Below, piece by piece: positions 17,523-26,690 of a DNA stretch of 57,287 nucleotides; position 1 is the first letter of the stretch; each line of letters begins with the position of its first letter. The DNA is taken from positions 1 through 57,287 of the IMG/VR virus record IMGVR_UViG_3300044724_002038, one strand, 5' to 3'. The notes under the pieces are model-generated. The model was not told where the DNA came from and did not search any database. It saw nothing but the letters and a program-made list of their open reading frames with translations. Position numbers and translations under genes: made by a program. The stretch is from a virus. Its lineage: Duplodnaviria > Caudoviricetes.

Positions 17523-17674
17523 CGTTTTCTAGTATTCCTTTTGTCATCATCACGCTTATCTTCATCTTCTTGTCGCCTTTGTTCATTTATTTGTTCTACC
17601 TTCATTCCAAAATACATACCTAACCCATACGAAATTATAATCAATAGTGCTGACCAAAGTATACTTATTAGCAT
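17519..17674 (-). CDS. 51-aa membrane-anchored peptide
   Basis: Manual: MLISILWSALLIIISYGLGMYFGMKVEQINEQRRQEDEDKRDDDKRNTRKR; GGAG SD; ATGA overlap with uvsY. Confidence 0.6.
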   Translation of the reverse strand: MLISILWSALLIIISYGLGMYFGMKVEQINEQRRQEDEDKRDDDKRNTRKR

Positions 17675-17683
17675 TTAATACTC

Positions 17684-18190
17684 CTATACAGACTCGATGA
17701 CATAATCCCTATATCTAAATGTTGCTGTAGCTTCTAGGTAGTCAATATCTGATGCGTTAGTACTGAACTGTAACTCAGAAATAGACTCTGGAAACATACC
17801 TCTGAACTTAACTCGAAGATTAGGATTATACTTACTACTTAAAATAATAAGAGTGCCATCGGATAAGTTATTTTGATTAATACTAGCATTCTGAAATCTT
17901 CTATACTGATCAGGAGATTCTGGTGAACCAAGACCAACAAGCCAGTTATACAACTCCAAAAAATTTTTCATATCTTCATCTACTTTAAATGTAACTGAAA
18001 ATGGAGAAAAAGTCAACTTTTCTCCTGGCAATGGATAATCGATAACGGGTGTAGGTATAGTAGGTGCTCCAGATAATGTAATCCCTGGCAATCCTACGCC
18101 TTGTGAAAAGTATGTAACAGTAGGCAAACGATCTAGAACTAATCTAAATCCAGTTTGACCTAGCATATTTTTATTAGTTGGTTCAGCCAT
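17684..18190 (-). CDS. gp3: Tail completion / tube terminator gp3-like
   Basis: FKVDEDMKNFLELYNWL, SDGTLIIL; follows gp23; TATAAATA at 18209-18216. Confidence 0.88.
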   Translation of the reverse strand: MAEPTNKNMLGQTGFRLVLDRLPTVTYFSQGVGLPGITLSGAPTIPTPVIDYPLPGEKLTFSPFSVTFKVDEDMKNFLELYNWLVGLGSPESPDQYRRFQNASINQNNLSDGTLIILSSKYNPNLRVKFRGMFPESISELQFSTNASDIDYLEATATFRYRDYVIESV

Positions 18191-18217
18191 AATTACCTCC
18201 TGACATACTATTTATAC

Positions 18218-18246
18218 AAAAAAGAGGGGAGCCGAAGCCCCCCTCT
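18218..18246 (-). terminator. Rho-independent terminator after gp23
   Basis: AGAGGGGGGC-TTCG-GCTCCCCTCT + T-run; UUCG loop. Confidence 0.9.
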
Positions 18247-18277
18247 AGTTCTTGTTGGGTTATCCCCAATCTTATGA

Positions 18278-19642
18278 TTACATAAGGTTGCTGACACCGA
18301 CCAAGCGATAGTAGATGTTCTTCTTAGCGAAGGCAATTGCACCATCAGCAGCTGTTGTTGCGAATGGATTAGCAACCATACCATAACGAGTCTTGAACCC
18401 GATTTTTGGCTGGAAGGTGTTCTCGCCAACGGCACGAACCATTTGTAGTGGAACGTATGGGCAGTAGAATAGACCGGCATCAAAAGCACTTGAGCCTTTG
18501 TAACCTAGTGTAAAGTACTGCTTGCCTGAAGCTGATGAGAAGTATGGGTCGATATAAACACGGATGCGACCGTTTAGGACACCAGCGAAGGTGTTACCTG
18601 TGTCATCAACATTTAGGTTGTTGCTAAGAGCAGGTGTGTAATCTAGAACACCGGCCATTTGTAAGGCTGAAGCAACGTCTGAAGAACAGATCATTACGTT
18701 ACCCTTACCACGACGGGTTGCTTTAGCAATGGCATTTGCTTCACGCTCGATCTGGAAGATCATGCCTTTGAAACGCTCAACACTCCAACGACCGTTGGCA
18801 TCGACATCAAGGTCGAAAGTACCAGAAGTTGTTACGTTGTCTTGTGCACCAGCAGTAGCGGTGTAGTTAACTGTACGAACAACTTCACGGTTGATTTCAG
18901 CAAGAATCTCTGCTGATAGAATGTTTGCTAGTTCTGTTTCAGCGTCAAGACCGTGGATTGCTTTAAGGTCTTGTGCTAGTTCCATTGTGTACTCAGCTTT
19001 TAGAGCACGTGAAACTGCTGTAACAGAAACTTTCTCAACACTGAATGCCATCTCTTGGAAATGGTTGTCAGCGCCATCGCCGAGTGCTTCACCAAATGCT
19101 GTAGTCATACCAGTACCAACGGTATAACCTGAACCAGATGCACGTGCAGTTGGATCATTACCAGCCTGAGCAGCAGAACCATCGATAACTGTCTGGGAAG
19201 CAGTGTTACCAGCAGCAGATGATGAGAAGGTTGTTGGTGCTTCGTTGAATAAAGCTTCGTCGCCACCCTGTGAGGTGAAGTTTGAACGCATAGCAAAGAT
19301 AAGACCTGTTGGACCAGTCATTGGCTGGACACCGGCAATATCATATGCGATCATGTTTGGCATTGACCGACGAACAAGTGAGATAAGTACTGGATCGAAG
19401 ATATCGATGTTACCATCACTAGCAACAGATGAAGATGCACCCATTGCGTTAGCAGGTGCTGCTTCACCCAATAGTGAAGGCATGTGATAACCACCAGAAC
19501 CCATGGCAGCTTCTTTAGCAGCCTTTTCCTGGTTTTCTAGTAGAGTGGCAGTTACAGAACGACGATGAACATCTTTGATCTCTGGAAGATCGGCATGTTC
19601 AAGAACTGGTTGCCACTTGTTGATTAAACTTTCGGAAAGCAT
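18278..19642 (-). CDS. gp23: Major capsid protein gp23
   Basis: KWQPVLEH, GVQPMTGPTGLIFAMR, RALKAEYTMELAQDLKAIHGLDAE, FQPKIGFKTRYG. Confidence 0.99.
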   Translation of the reverse strand: MLSESLINKWQPVLEHADLPEIKDVHRRSVTATLLENQEKAAKEAAMGSGGYHMPSLLGEAAPANAMGASSSVASDGNIDIFDPVLISLVRRSMPNMIAYDIAGVQPMTGPTGLIFAMRSNFTSQGGDEALFNEAPTTFSSSAAGNTASQTVIDGSAAQAGNDPTARASGSGYTVGTGMTTAFGEALGDGADNHFQEMAFSVEKVSVTAVSRALKAEYTMELAQDLKAIHGLDAETELANILSAEILAEINREVVRTVNYTATAGAQDNVTTSGTFDLDVDANGRWSVERFKGMIFQIEREANAIAKATRRGKGNVMICSSDVASALQMAGVLDYTPALSNNLNVDDTGNTFAGVLNGRIRVYIDPYFSSASGKQYFTLGYKGSSAFDAGLFYCPYVPLQMVRAVGENTFQPKIGFKTRYGMVANPFATTAADGAIAFAKKNIYYRLVGVSNLM

Positions 19643-19676
19643 AGATTTTACTCCTTAGTTGGTGTAGTTACTTTTT

Positions 19677-19684
19677 TATTTATA
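19677..19684 (-). promoter_or_regulatory. T4-type late promoter for gp23
   Basis: TATAAATA; identical boxes at 18209, 20788, 22605, 23322, 29983, 33910, 41085. Confidence 0.85.
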
Positions 19685-19690
19685 ATAATA

Positions 19691-20758
19691 TTATTTCTTG
19701 ACAGTTCTAGAAATTGCGCTCATATACTGTGCCATTTCACCAGTTACTTTTGCTGGGGTAGCTTCTTCTTCAAGAGGCTCGTCCTCATCAAAAATAGTTT
19801 CATTCTTTACTTCTTCTTCAATACTTGAATCAAAGTATGTGTCTTTGATCATTTCCAACTTCTCTTTGAAGTCTTCTTCTGAAACAAAGTCAACGCCTTC
19901 AGCAAGACCTTTTAGCTTCTCTTCTTGAGCAACTGTTAGACCTTCTGAAACTTCGCCAATAACTGAACCACGATGAAGTGTTTCAACTTCCTGAGAAAGT
20001 TCGATATTCTTCTGTAGTTCTTTATTGAGTTCTTCTTCCAGGGAATCAACCTTATCTGATAGATCACTAAGAACGTCAACTTTTTCTTCTGGCATTTCGA
20101 TATAGCTTTGTTCAAATAGTGACTTTAGACCACCAATGAACTCTTCAGCGATTTCGGTACGAATACCATTTTCAACTGCTAGACGGTTGTTATCCATCCA
20201 CTGTTCAACTACATAGTCGAGATAACTGTCTAATTTCTCAACCATTTCTTCTTTGAGTTCATCTTCCTCAAAGGTTTTTGCAGTATCAACAGCTTCGATC
20301 ATATCACCCATTGTTTCATTGATCTTGGAAACAACAGCAGCTTCAAAGATAGTAGTTGCTTTTTCTTTAAACTCTTCTGATAACTCTTCGTCACCAAATA
20401 GAGCAGCAACATCATCGGAAAGATCAATATCTTCCTTTGTTACCTTTTTCTTAGGCATACCCTCTTTATCTTTGTGCATGCCTTCTTCTTGATCTTCTTC
20501 CTCTTCATCACCATGCATACTATCCATCATGGATTGATAAGCAGCTTGAAGATCGGATTTCTTCATTTCGCCATAATTTTTCATCATGGCGTTAAGCATA
20601 CCCATTTTAGTATGAGGTGCTTTGTCGCCTTGTTTCTTGTCGCCAGGACGTGACTTAACAGCTCCACCAACAGCGTCTGCTTCGTTGATTTCAGCGTCGG
20701 TCACTACTTCTTCCTGGACATCAGCGTCTTCAAGGACTTCTTGATTTTCATCTGACAT
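19691..20758 (-). CDS. gp22: Prohead core scaffold gp22
   Basis: LSEEFKEKATTIFEAAV, YLDYVVEQWM, acidic coiled coil. Confidence 0.95.
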   Translation of the reverse strand: MSDENQEVLEDADVQEEVVTDAEINEADAVGGAVKSRPGDKKQGDKAPHTKMGMLNAMMKNYGEMKKSDLQAAYQSMMDSMHGDEEEEDQEEGMHKDKEGMPKKKVTKEDIDLSDDVAALFGDEELSEEFKEKATTIFEAAVVSKINETMGDMIEAVDTAKTFEEDELKEEMVEKLDSYLDYVVEQWMDNNRLAVENGIRTEIAEEFIGGLKSLFEQSYIEMPEEKVDVLSDLSDKVDSLEEELNKELQKNIELSQEVETLHRGSVIGEVSEGLTVAQEEKLKGLAEGVDFVSEEDFKEKLEMIKDTYFDSSIEEEVKNETIFDEDEPLEEEATPAKVTGEMAQYMSAISRTVKK

Positions 20759-20818
20759 AATACGCTCCTTTGCAGTGAGTTATATTTTATTTATAATTTA
20801 TATTTATTAACCAAAATA

Positions 20819-21466
20819 TTAAAGTCTTTTAATGAAGTTCTCGAACATTTTCAACTTGACACGCTCTAAATCAGCACTTGATGTTGAACGAATCTCTTGT
20901 TGTGCTTGCTCAACAAACTGCTCTACCCATTTACCACCTTCATATACCCATTCAACACCTTCCATAATACCTTCTACGAAAGCATCGGGTGCTGAGGGGT
21001 CTGCGACAATATCAGCAGCAGTGGCAAGATAGAAATCACTTTGTACTTCATTTACGCCGTTCTTAGCTTTAAGACTACCCATACCTCTTGAAGATACACC
21101 TAGAGATGCACCCTCTTTAATAAGGTTTTTAACAATTGTACCATAAGGTGAATCCATAATTTTGGCTTTACCCATAAAATTATCACCATCTCTTTTCAAT
21201 TCTTTAATCATATGTGATACACGCTCAAGATTAATTGTTGGACCTTGAGGATGTCCTAGTTCACCGAAAGCACGATTCTTCTCAACATATTCTTTATTGT
21301 AACGAGCAACTTCACGCTCTAAAACTTCTGTTGGATATACACGTCCATTACGATTCTTTTGATTTGCTTGCATGAAGACACCCTCGATGTAGAATTCTTT
21401 TTCTCCATCAGCGTTTGCTTCAGCAATATATTCGATTGTCTCGTGGACTTCGGTGATTAACTTCAT
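20819..21466 (-). CDS. gp21: Prohead protease gp21
   Basis: MKLITE, NRNGRVYP, GELGHP, GVSSRGMGS, DIVADPSAPDA. Confidence 0.97.
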   Translation of the reverse strand: MKLITEVHETIEYIAEANADGEKEFYIEGVFMQANQKNRNGRVYPTEVLEREVARYNKEYVEKNRAFGELGHPQGPTINLERVSHMIKELKRDGDNFMGKAKIMDSPYGTIVKNLIKEGASLGVSSRGMGSLKAKNGVNEVQSDFYLATAADIVADPSAPDAFVEGIMEGVEWVYEGGKWVEQFVEQAQQEIRSTSSADLERVKLKMFENFIKRL

Positions 21467-21467
21467 C

Positions 21468-21824
21468 TTACTCTCCTGAGACTTTATGTACTTTGAATGT
21501 GATAACTCCTGTACCACTTAATGTCAAATCAAGGTTAGCGGCTAATTCAAATGAATTTTGCTCTAAACGTATGCCACTTGCTTGATAGTCATGATAACCT
21601 GAACCTGAGAATACTGCGACAGTGTTGGCACCACGCTTGACTGTCCATGAGCCTGCACTAGATACTGACCACATTACTTCTGAGATTGCCATTGATTCTA
21701 CAGACTCACCGATTGTATTAGCACCAGCAAGACCATTAGAAGTATTAAGTTTTAGACCAGATGTAGAATTAGCACGGAATACAACGTATCCCGCTGGTTT
21801 CTTATGATTTACTGTAATAGGCAT
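21468..21824 (-). CDS. Small beta-rich virion protein
   Basis: In head operon just upstream of gp21; translationally coupled. Confidence 0.7.
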   Translation of the reverse strand: MPITVNHKKPAGYVVFRANSTSGLKLNTSNGLAGANTIGESVESMAISEVMWSVSSAGSWTVKRGANTVAVFSGSGYHDYQASGIRLEQNSFELAANLDLTLSGTGVITFKVHKVSGE

Positions 21825-22393
21825 TATCCAGTCCTCTTAGCGAACGTAAGCATTGATTTATAGGACTTCTGATCTTTCATCATCTCAGATTCCATACGCT
21901 TACGATTTTCTGGATTCAACTCTTTGAGAACATCATTGAACATTTTTGCTTCATCTGGACTGACTTTGACTGACTTACCGTCTTTCAACTTCATCATGCC
22001 AGCCTTGACTGACTCATCAAGTTCGACTTCTTCTTTGACAGTCTCTACTTTCATATCACCCTGTGACTTATCACCTTTGCGAGTAGGGGTCTTACCAATC
22101 TTATCACGGAACTGAGCAAATTTAGCATCACCTGTCGTGCCTTGCTTAACAGGCTTGTCTTCACCATCAGCACCTTCAGATTCTGCATCTTTATGATCTA
22201 CGTGCTTTTTGTCAGACTTAAACTGCGCATTATCAGCAACTGGATGAGCAATTTCTACTGCTTTATGAAGATCGACAAATTCGATTTCACCATCAGCTGT
22301 GGGCGCTAATTCTGTCTCTTCACCTTCTGGCTCAATGACGTATTCAGAAGCAGCCGCCTCATTAATTGATCTAATTTTTTTAAAACTGTTCAT
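21824..22393 (-). CDS. Prohead core/internal protein (gp68-position)
   Basis: MNSFKKIRSINEA, EEVELDE protease-type sites; LKDGKSVKV...LNPENRKRM. Confidence 0.7.
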   Translation of the reverse strand: MNSFKKIRSINEAAASEYVIEPEGEETELAPTADGEIEFVDLHKAVEIAHPVADNAQFKSDKKHVDHKDAESEGADGEDKPVKQGTTGDAKFAQFRDKIGKTPTRKGDKSQGDMKVETVKEEVELDESVKAGMMKLKDGKSVKVSPDEAKMFNDVLKELNPENRKRMESEMMKDQKSYKSMLTFAKRTG

Positions 22394-22583
22394 CGTTTGT
22401 CTCTTCTGGTGTTACCTCTGTCTCTTGAGGACTGAATAAAGTTGCCGCAATGGATTGCTTTTCTACATCAATTCTATCATTAGCTTTTTGCAACAAGATA
22501 TCTGCTACTGTTTCACGAAATTTTGTTGCGTCATTAGTACCAATATAATCAACAGCGTCTGATAATTTTGCTTCAATATCCAT
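22380..22583 (-). CDS. Prohead core protein (gp67-like)
   Basis: Small acidic helical protein with own TATAAATA (22605-22612). Confidence 0.65.
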   Translation of the reverse strand: MDIEAKLSDAVDYIGTNDATKFRETVADILLQKANDRIDVEKQSIAATLFSPQETEVTPEETNDEQF

Positions 22584-22619
22584 TTTATAGTTCTCCTCCG
22601 TGTTTATTTATAATAATTA

Positions 22620-23231
22620 TTATATGAAAAATGGTAGTTTGTAATCTACACCACCCACGTTTATCACCAAATGACCGTCTGGATTCGCTATCAACGAATC
22701 TCCCGTTGTCAATGAACCTAATGATTGTGAATTTAAAACTGCTGTGTTACCTGAATAAGCAGTAATATCACCCGACGAAACTTCAGCAGAAGTATTAGCT
22801 ACTGCAGACATATATGGAAGTTTATAGTCTACCCCATTAATATTCATTACAATGTGACCAATAGGATTAGCTACAACTGCATCATCTGGAGAGAGACTCC
22901 CCAAACTTTCTACAATACCGGCGCTGGCTGTATTGCCGCTGGCTACGGTAGTTGTATATGTACTGCTACTGGCAAGAGTGCTAAATGAAAGGTTACCGTT
23001 ACCATCAGTCTTTAAGACTTGGCCAGTAGAACCATCAGCATGTGGGAAAGAGTAAGCGCTATTTACAGACAGTGTAGAAGGATTAGATCCAATTTCTAGA
23101 ATTGCTGTAGCGTTAGATGTGTATAGTCTTTTATCAGGTATATTTAAGGCTAATTCACCAGTCGACAAATTTCCGGTAGTAGGTTCATTACCGGACACAC
23201 TTGTCCGTTTAATCTTAATAACAGATGCCAT
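22620..23231 (-). CDS. Fibre-like virion protein, IKLKRS family
   Basis: MASVIKIKRT...GELALN; DGSTGQVLKTDGNGNLSF knot; duplicated C-terminal NP.GH.V.N..GVDYKLP. Confidence 0.8.
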   Translation of the reverse strand: MASVIKIKRTSVSGNEPTTGNLSTGELALNIPDKRLYTSNATAILEIGSNPSTLSVNSAYSFPHADGSTGQVLKTDGNGNLSFSTLASSSTYTTTVASGNTASAGIVESLGSLSPDDAVVANPIGHIVMNINGVDYKLPYMSAVANTSAEVSSGDITAYSGNTAVLNSQSLGSLTTGDSLIANPDGHLVINVGGVDYKLPFFI

Positions 23232-23240
23232 AATAATAAC

Positions 23241-23311
23241 TCCTATGTAGGAATAGAGAAGAGTGGGGGATCAAATCCCCCACCTCCCATATTAAAGTCT
23301 ATATAGACTTT
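23241..23311 (-). promoter_or_regulatory. Three-hairpin structured leader
   Basis: AAAGTCTATATAGACTTT; GTGGGGGAT-TTG-ATCCCCCAC; TCCTACATAGGA overlapping the SD. Confidence 0.6.
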
Positions 23312-23332
23312 GCTCAATATTTATTTATAATA

Positions 23333-23692
23333 TTAGAAAGAGCCACCGTCTCGTGTACCAAATGCAGATGCAATATAAGCATTGGTATTTGCAAGTGCAG
23401 AATTAAAAGCTGCAGGCTCAAGTTTTTGATTCCATACAGTTCCGCCAACGAAAGCCGTAGCGTTAGCATAGTAATTAACAGATGTAACAACAGTTTGAGT
23501 TAATTGTCTTTCCCCAAACTCACCTGTCGTTTTTCCTAATCTATTAGAATTAGGATCACGGAAAGCAAAAGTAGTAGATGAGTTGGCATTGAATAACTGT
23601 TCATCTTTGATGTTAATTGCCAACTCACCTTCTACTAGTGAAGGAGTAGCACCTGCTGTATTGGATCTTTTTAGTTTAAGAATAGATGCCAT
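23333..23692 (-). CDS. Short fibre-like virion protein, IKLKRS/DGGxF family
   Basis: MASILKLKRS...GELAIN; LANTNAYIA; ends DGGSF. Confidence 0.8.
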   Translation of the reverse strand: MASILKLKRSNTAGATPSLVEGELAINIKDEQLFNANSSTTFAFRDPNSNRLGKTTGEFGERQLTQTVVTSVNYYANATAFVGGTVWNQKLEPAAFNSALANTNAYIASAFGTRDGGSF

Positions 23693-23706
23693 TTTTATCT
23701 CCTATA

Positions 23707-24069
23707 TTAGTATGAACCACCGTCAGCTAACGCAGCTTCAGCAGCAATGTAAGCATTGGTGTTAGCAAGAGCAGCATTATGTACACTAATATCTACTTTT
23801 TGAGATAAAAGGCTATTGTCCACAACAGAGTTAGCAAAAGCACTAATACTTGTAATAACTGTATCACTTGGAGTTAAATCTTCAACAGCTTTTTCAGTAA
23901 CAGATACAGCTTTCACACCATCAGTGTGAACTTGGAAAACAGCAGTACTATTTGCTGAATATAATTTTTGATCTTGTGTGTTAAGAGCCAATTCACCTTC
24001 TGCAATATCAGAAAGCGAAGGAATAGCACCAGCAGTACTCGATCTTTTTAGTTTAATAATAGATGCCAT
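23707..24069 (-). CDS. Short fibre-like virion protein, IKLKRS/DGGxF family
   Basis: MASIIKLKRS...GELALN; LANTNAYIA; ends DGGSY. Confidence 0.8.
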   Translation of the reverse strand: MASIIKLKRSSTAGAIPSLSDIAEGELALNTQDQKLYSANSTAVFQVHTDGVKAVSVTEKAVEDLTPSDTVITSISAFANSVVDNSLLSQKVDISVHNAALANTNAYIAAEAALADGGSY

Positions 24070-24099
24070 ATTTTAACTCCTTTCTTTTCTTTAGTAGGT

Positions 24100-24125
24100 G
24101 TTGGGAGAGCCGAAGCCCTCCCAAC
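24100..24125 (-). other. UUCG hairpin without U-tract (stabiliser/processing/partial terminator)
   Basis: GTTGGGAGGGC-TTCG-GCTCTCCCAAC followed by ACCTAC. Confidence 0.6.
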
Positions 24126-24141
24126 GTTTTATCTACCTAGA

Positions 24142-25458
24142 TTAGAAAGAACCGCCATCTACGATTGCATCTAACTGAGCAAGTGCATAACCTGTAGCAC
24201 TTACATCAACTGTTGTTGTTGGTGCTGCTTCAGAGTCTTTGAACAACTTGAAGACACCGTCTGTGGCATCACGGAACAAACCAGCATAGTTGGTTGTACC
24301 GCTATTGTCATAGAGAGCAAAGAAACCAGTGTCAACAACGTCTGAGATAGTGTTGTTAGCAGCAAGTTTCATTAATGGATCATTGACTTCGATGTTAGTT
24401 GTTGAGATGTATGTTACATCACCTTCAACTGTCAAGTTACCACTAATTGTTGTGTTACCAGCAACTTGTAAGTTTGTGCTGATAGATGCACGACCTGTGT
24501 GATTAAAGTGACCAGTTGATGCTGGATCAGCAACAGTTAGATAGCTACCTGAGAGTGATGTGCTTAGACCATCAATAGCTGAGTTGGTGTTTGCAAGAGC
24601 AGCTTTATGGTAATCGTCAACATTACTGATTACACCACGGATTGCAGTGTTAGTATTAGTCAAGTTTGTATTAACAAGAGTAATACGAGCAGCTTCGTCG
24701 CTGATATCACTTGCATTAGTAGCAATATCAGTAGCATTTGTTGAGATCAATGTGCGCAATGCTGTATTAGTTCCAGTCAAATTAGTGTTGACAAGACCAA
24801 TACGAGTAGCTTCGCTGGTGATATCACTTGCATTTGTTGAAATCAATGTGCGCAATGCAGTATTAGTATCAGTCAAGTTTGAGTTGACAAGGGTAATACG
24901 AGCAGCTTCGTCGCTGACCAAACCGCGGATTGCAGTGTTGGTTTGCTGAACGTCGTCAAGAGCTTGTGTACCAGAGCCAGTTGCAGAAGTGATCAAGGAA
25001 CGTAAAGCAGTATTAGTTTCAGTCAAATTAGTGTTGACAAGATTAATACGAGCTGTTTGTGTTGAGATATCACTAGCATTAGTAGAAATATCAGTAGCAT
25101 TTGTTGAGATCAATGCACGCAATGCTGTATTAGTTTCGGTCAAATTAGTATTGACAAGACCGATACGAGCTGTTTGCGTTGTGATATCACTAGCATTTGT
25201 TGAGATCAAGGTACGTAAAGCTGTATTAGTTCCAGTCAAATTAGTGTTGACAAGACCAATACGAGTAGCTTGTGCAGCAATAGATGCGTTTGTATTACCT
25301 AGGGCTGCTTCACCGATACGGACAACTGCACCACCAGATTGCTTAGAATAGATTACGCGGTCTGCAAGGTTAATCGCAACCTCACCTACCTCTAGGTCAC
25401 CAGCCGCTGGAACTGCACCGCCAGTACTGGACCGTTTAAGTTTAATTACTGAAGACAT
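24142..25458 (-). CDS. Coiled-coil fibre protein, IKLKRS/DGGxF family
   Basis: MSSVIKLKRS...GEVAIN; tandem heptad repeats; ends DGGSF. Confidence 0.85.
   Translation of the reverse strand: MSSVIKLKRSSTGGAVPAAGDLEVGEVAINLADRVIYSKQSGGAVVRIGEAALGNTNASIAAQATRIGLVNTNLTGTNTALRTLISTNASDITTQTARIGLVNTNLTETNTALRALISTNATDISTNASDISTQTARINLVNTNLTETNTALRSLITSATGSGTQALDDVQQTNTAIRGLVSDEAARITLVNSNLTDTNTALRTLISTNASDITSEATRIGLVNTNLTGTNTALRTLISTNATDIATNASDISDEAARITLVNTNLTNTNTAIRGVISNVDDYHKAALANTNSAIDGLSTSLSGSYLTVADPASTGHFNHTGRASISTNLQVAGNTTISGNLTVEGDVTYISTTNIEVNDPLMKLAANNTISDVVDTGFFALYDNSGTTNYAGLFRDATDGVFKLFKDSEAAPTTTVDVSATGYALAQLDAIVDGGSF
24640..25290 (-). repeat. Imperfect coding tandem repeat, six copies
   Basis: RI(G/N/T)LVN(T/S)NLTxTNTA(L/I)R six times, with one or two STNA(S/T)DI heptads between most copies. 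Confidence 0.9.
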
Positions 25459-25489
25459 CTTTAAAATTCTCCTATAGGATATTTAAAAT

Positions 25490-25894
25490 TTATTTGACTT
25501 TAGGTTTAGGTGGAAGTCCACCTCGGATAACATGTTTCCCTGATGGGTCTATTTTTGGTTTATCCTCTTTGATTGAATGAGGATAAACCTCATCATTAAT
25601 ATTTTCAACCGGACTCATATCGTATAATTCACCATCATATTCACTTTTACTGCCAAAAAAGCCGCCGATTATATCCGTAAAGCCCTTAGGCTTACTTGAC
25701 TTCTTTGCAATTCTTGATTCGAGGAATTCTGTATTATCCTCGTTCTGCTTATTTAGTTTTTCTAATTCCTTCACTCTCTCATTTAGATAGGCATTTTGCG
25801 ATTCTAATATTAAATTTTTTTTAAGTAAGTCATTGATATATTCTTGTTGCTTATCAATATACTTATTAATAACTTCTAACTTCTTGTCATCCAT
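25490..25894 (-). CDS. Coiled-coil hypothetical protein
   Basis: Heptad N-terminal half; contains ACTAAATA near 25750. Confidence 0.75.
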   Translation of the reverse strand: MDDKKLEVINKYIDKQQEYINDLLKKNLILESQNAYLNERVKELEKLNKQNEDNTEFLESRIAKKSSKPKGFTDIIGGFFGSKSEYDGELYDMSPVENINDEVYPHSIKEDKPKIDPSGKHVIRGGLPPKPKVK

Positions 25895-25898
25895 TTTA

Positions 25899-26690
25899 TC
25901 AAAACTCTCCGCCGTCTAATGAACCTACTGTGACCTCCGCAAAAACAGGTACATTATTTGCTATCTGTAGTACATGAGTATTAGCACCTGTAGCAAATCC
26001 CATTGTTGTTGTATTAGCACCATACAGTACAGCGTTTTCAGTAAGAGATGAAACTCCTGTACCACCTTGCTCTACACCAAGAACGGTTGATAGAATAAGA
26101 TTGGTGATTGAAGTGTTACCAGTAAATGTTTGGTTAAAGTTATTAGCAGCCCCGCCGCCAACACCAAAAGAGCCAGTATACCTAGCCCCACTAATATATA
26201 CTGATTTACCAGTGAAGTCAATACCATTTGGTAAATTATCACCAATAAAATGTAGGACACCACTCTGATAATCAAAGAACCATTCGTCATTGTTGCCAGA
26301 GCCAACACCAAAAACTTGATCACCACCACTTGCACCACTTGCATCACTACTGGTATGTATATAAACTTTCACACCATATGTTGCACCGATCTCTGTAGGA
26401 ATCCAGTCTGTTGAACCAGTTTTCCATGTTCTGTTCGCTGTTGCTGTACCATCAGCAGTACACTCAACTGGAGCAGATGTTGGATATACTGTGACGACAC
26501 CAGACGATGATCCTGGCATGACTGAAGGAATAGAACCAGAGTTTTTCCAAACACGGTCACCACGAAGCAGCAATGGGCTTGCGATTGATTCGTTTGGTGC
26601 TTTCTTGTTAGCATTCGTATCTGTCTTTGCTAGACCATATCCAATCTTTTTGAATAGGTAGTCTAACTTTTGTGCGTCGGAGATGGCCAT
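25899..26690 (-). CDS. Virion structural protein
   Basis: MAISDAQKLDYLFKK, WFFDYQSGVLHF, GVEQGGTG fibre motif; ends DGGEF. Confidence 0.8.
   Translation of the reverse strand: MAISDAQKLDYLFKKIGYGLAKTDTNANKKAPNESIASPLLLRGDRVWKNSGSIPSVMPGSSSGVVTVYPTSAPVECTADGTATANRTWKTGSTDWIPTEIGATYGVKVYIHTSSDASGASGGDQVFGVGSGNNDEWFFDYQSGVLHFIGDNLPNGIDFTGKSVYISGARYTGSFGVGGGAANNFNQTFTGNTSITNLILSTVLGVEQGGTGVSSLTENAVLYGANTTTMGFATGANTHVLQIANNVPVFAEVTVGSLDGGEF

Noticed and set aside
24647-25351. Repetitive plus-strand ORFs / possible CRISPR-like array
   Set aside because: Repeats are in-frame coding heptads of the minus-strand fibre; no unique spacers or cas genes
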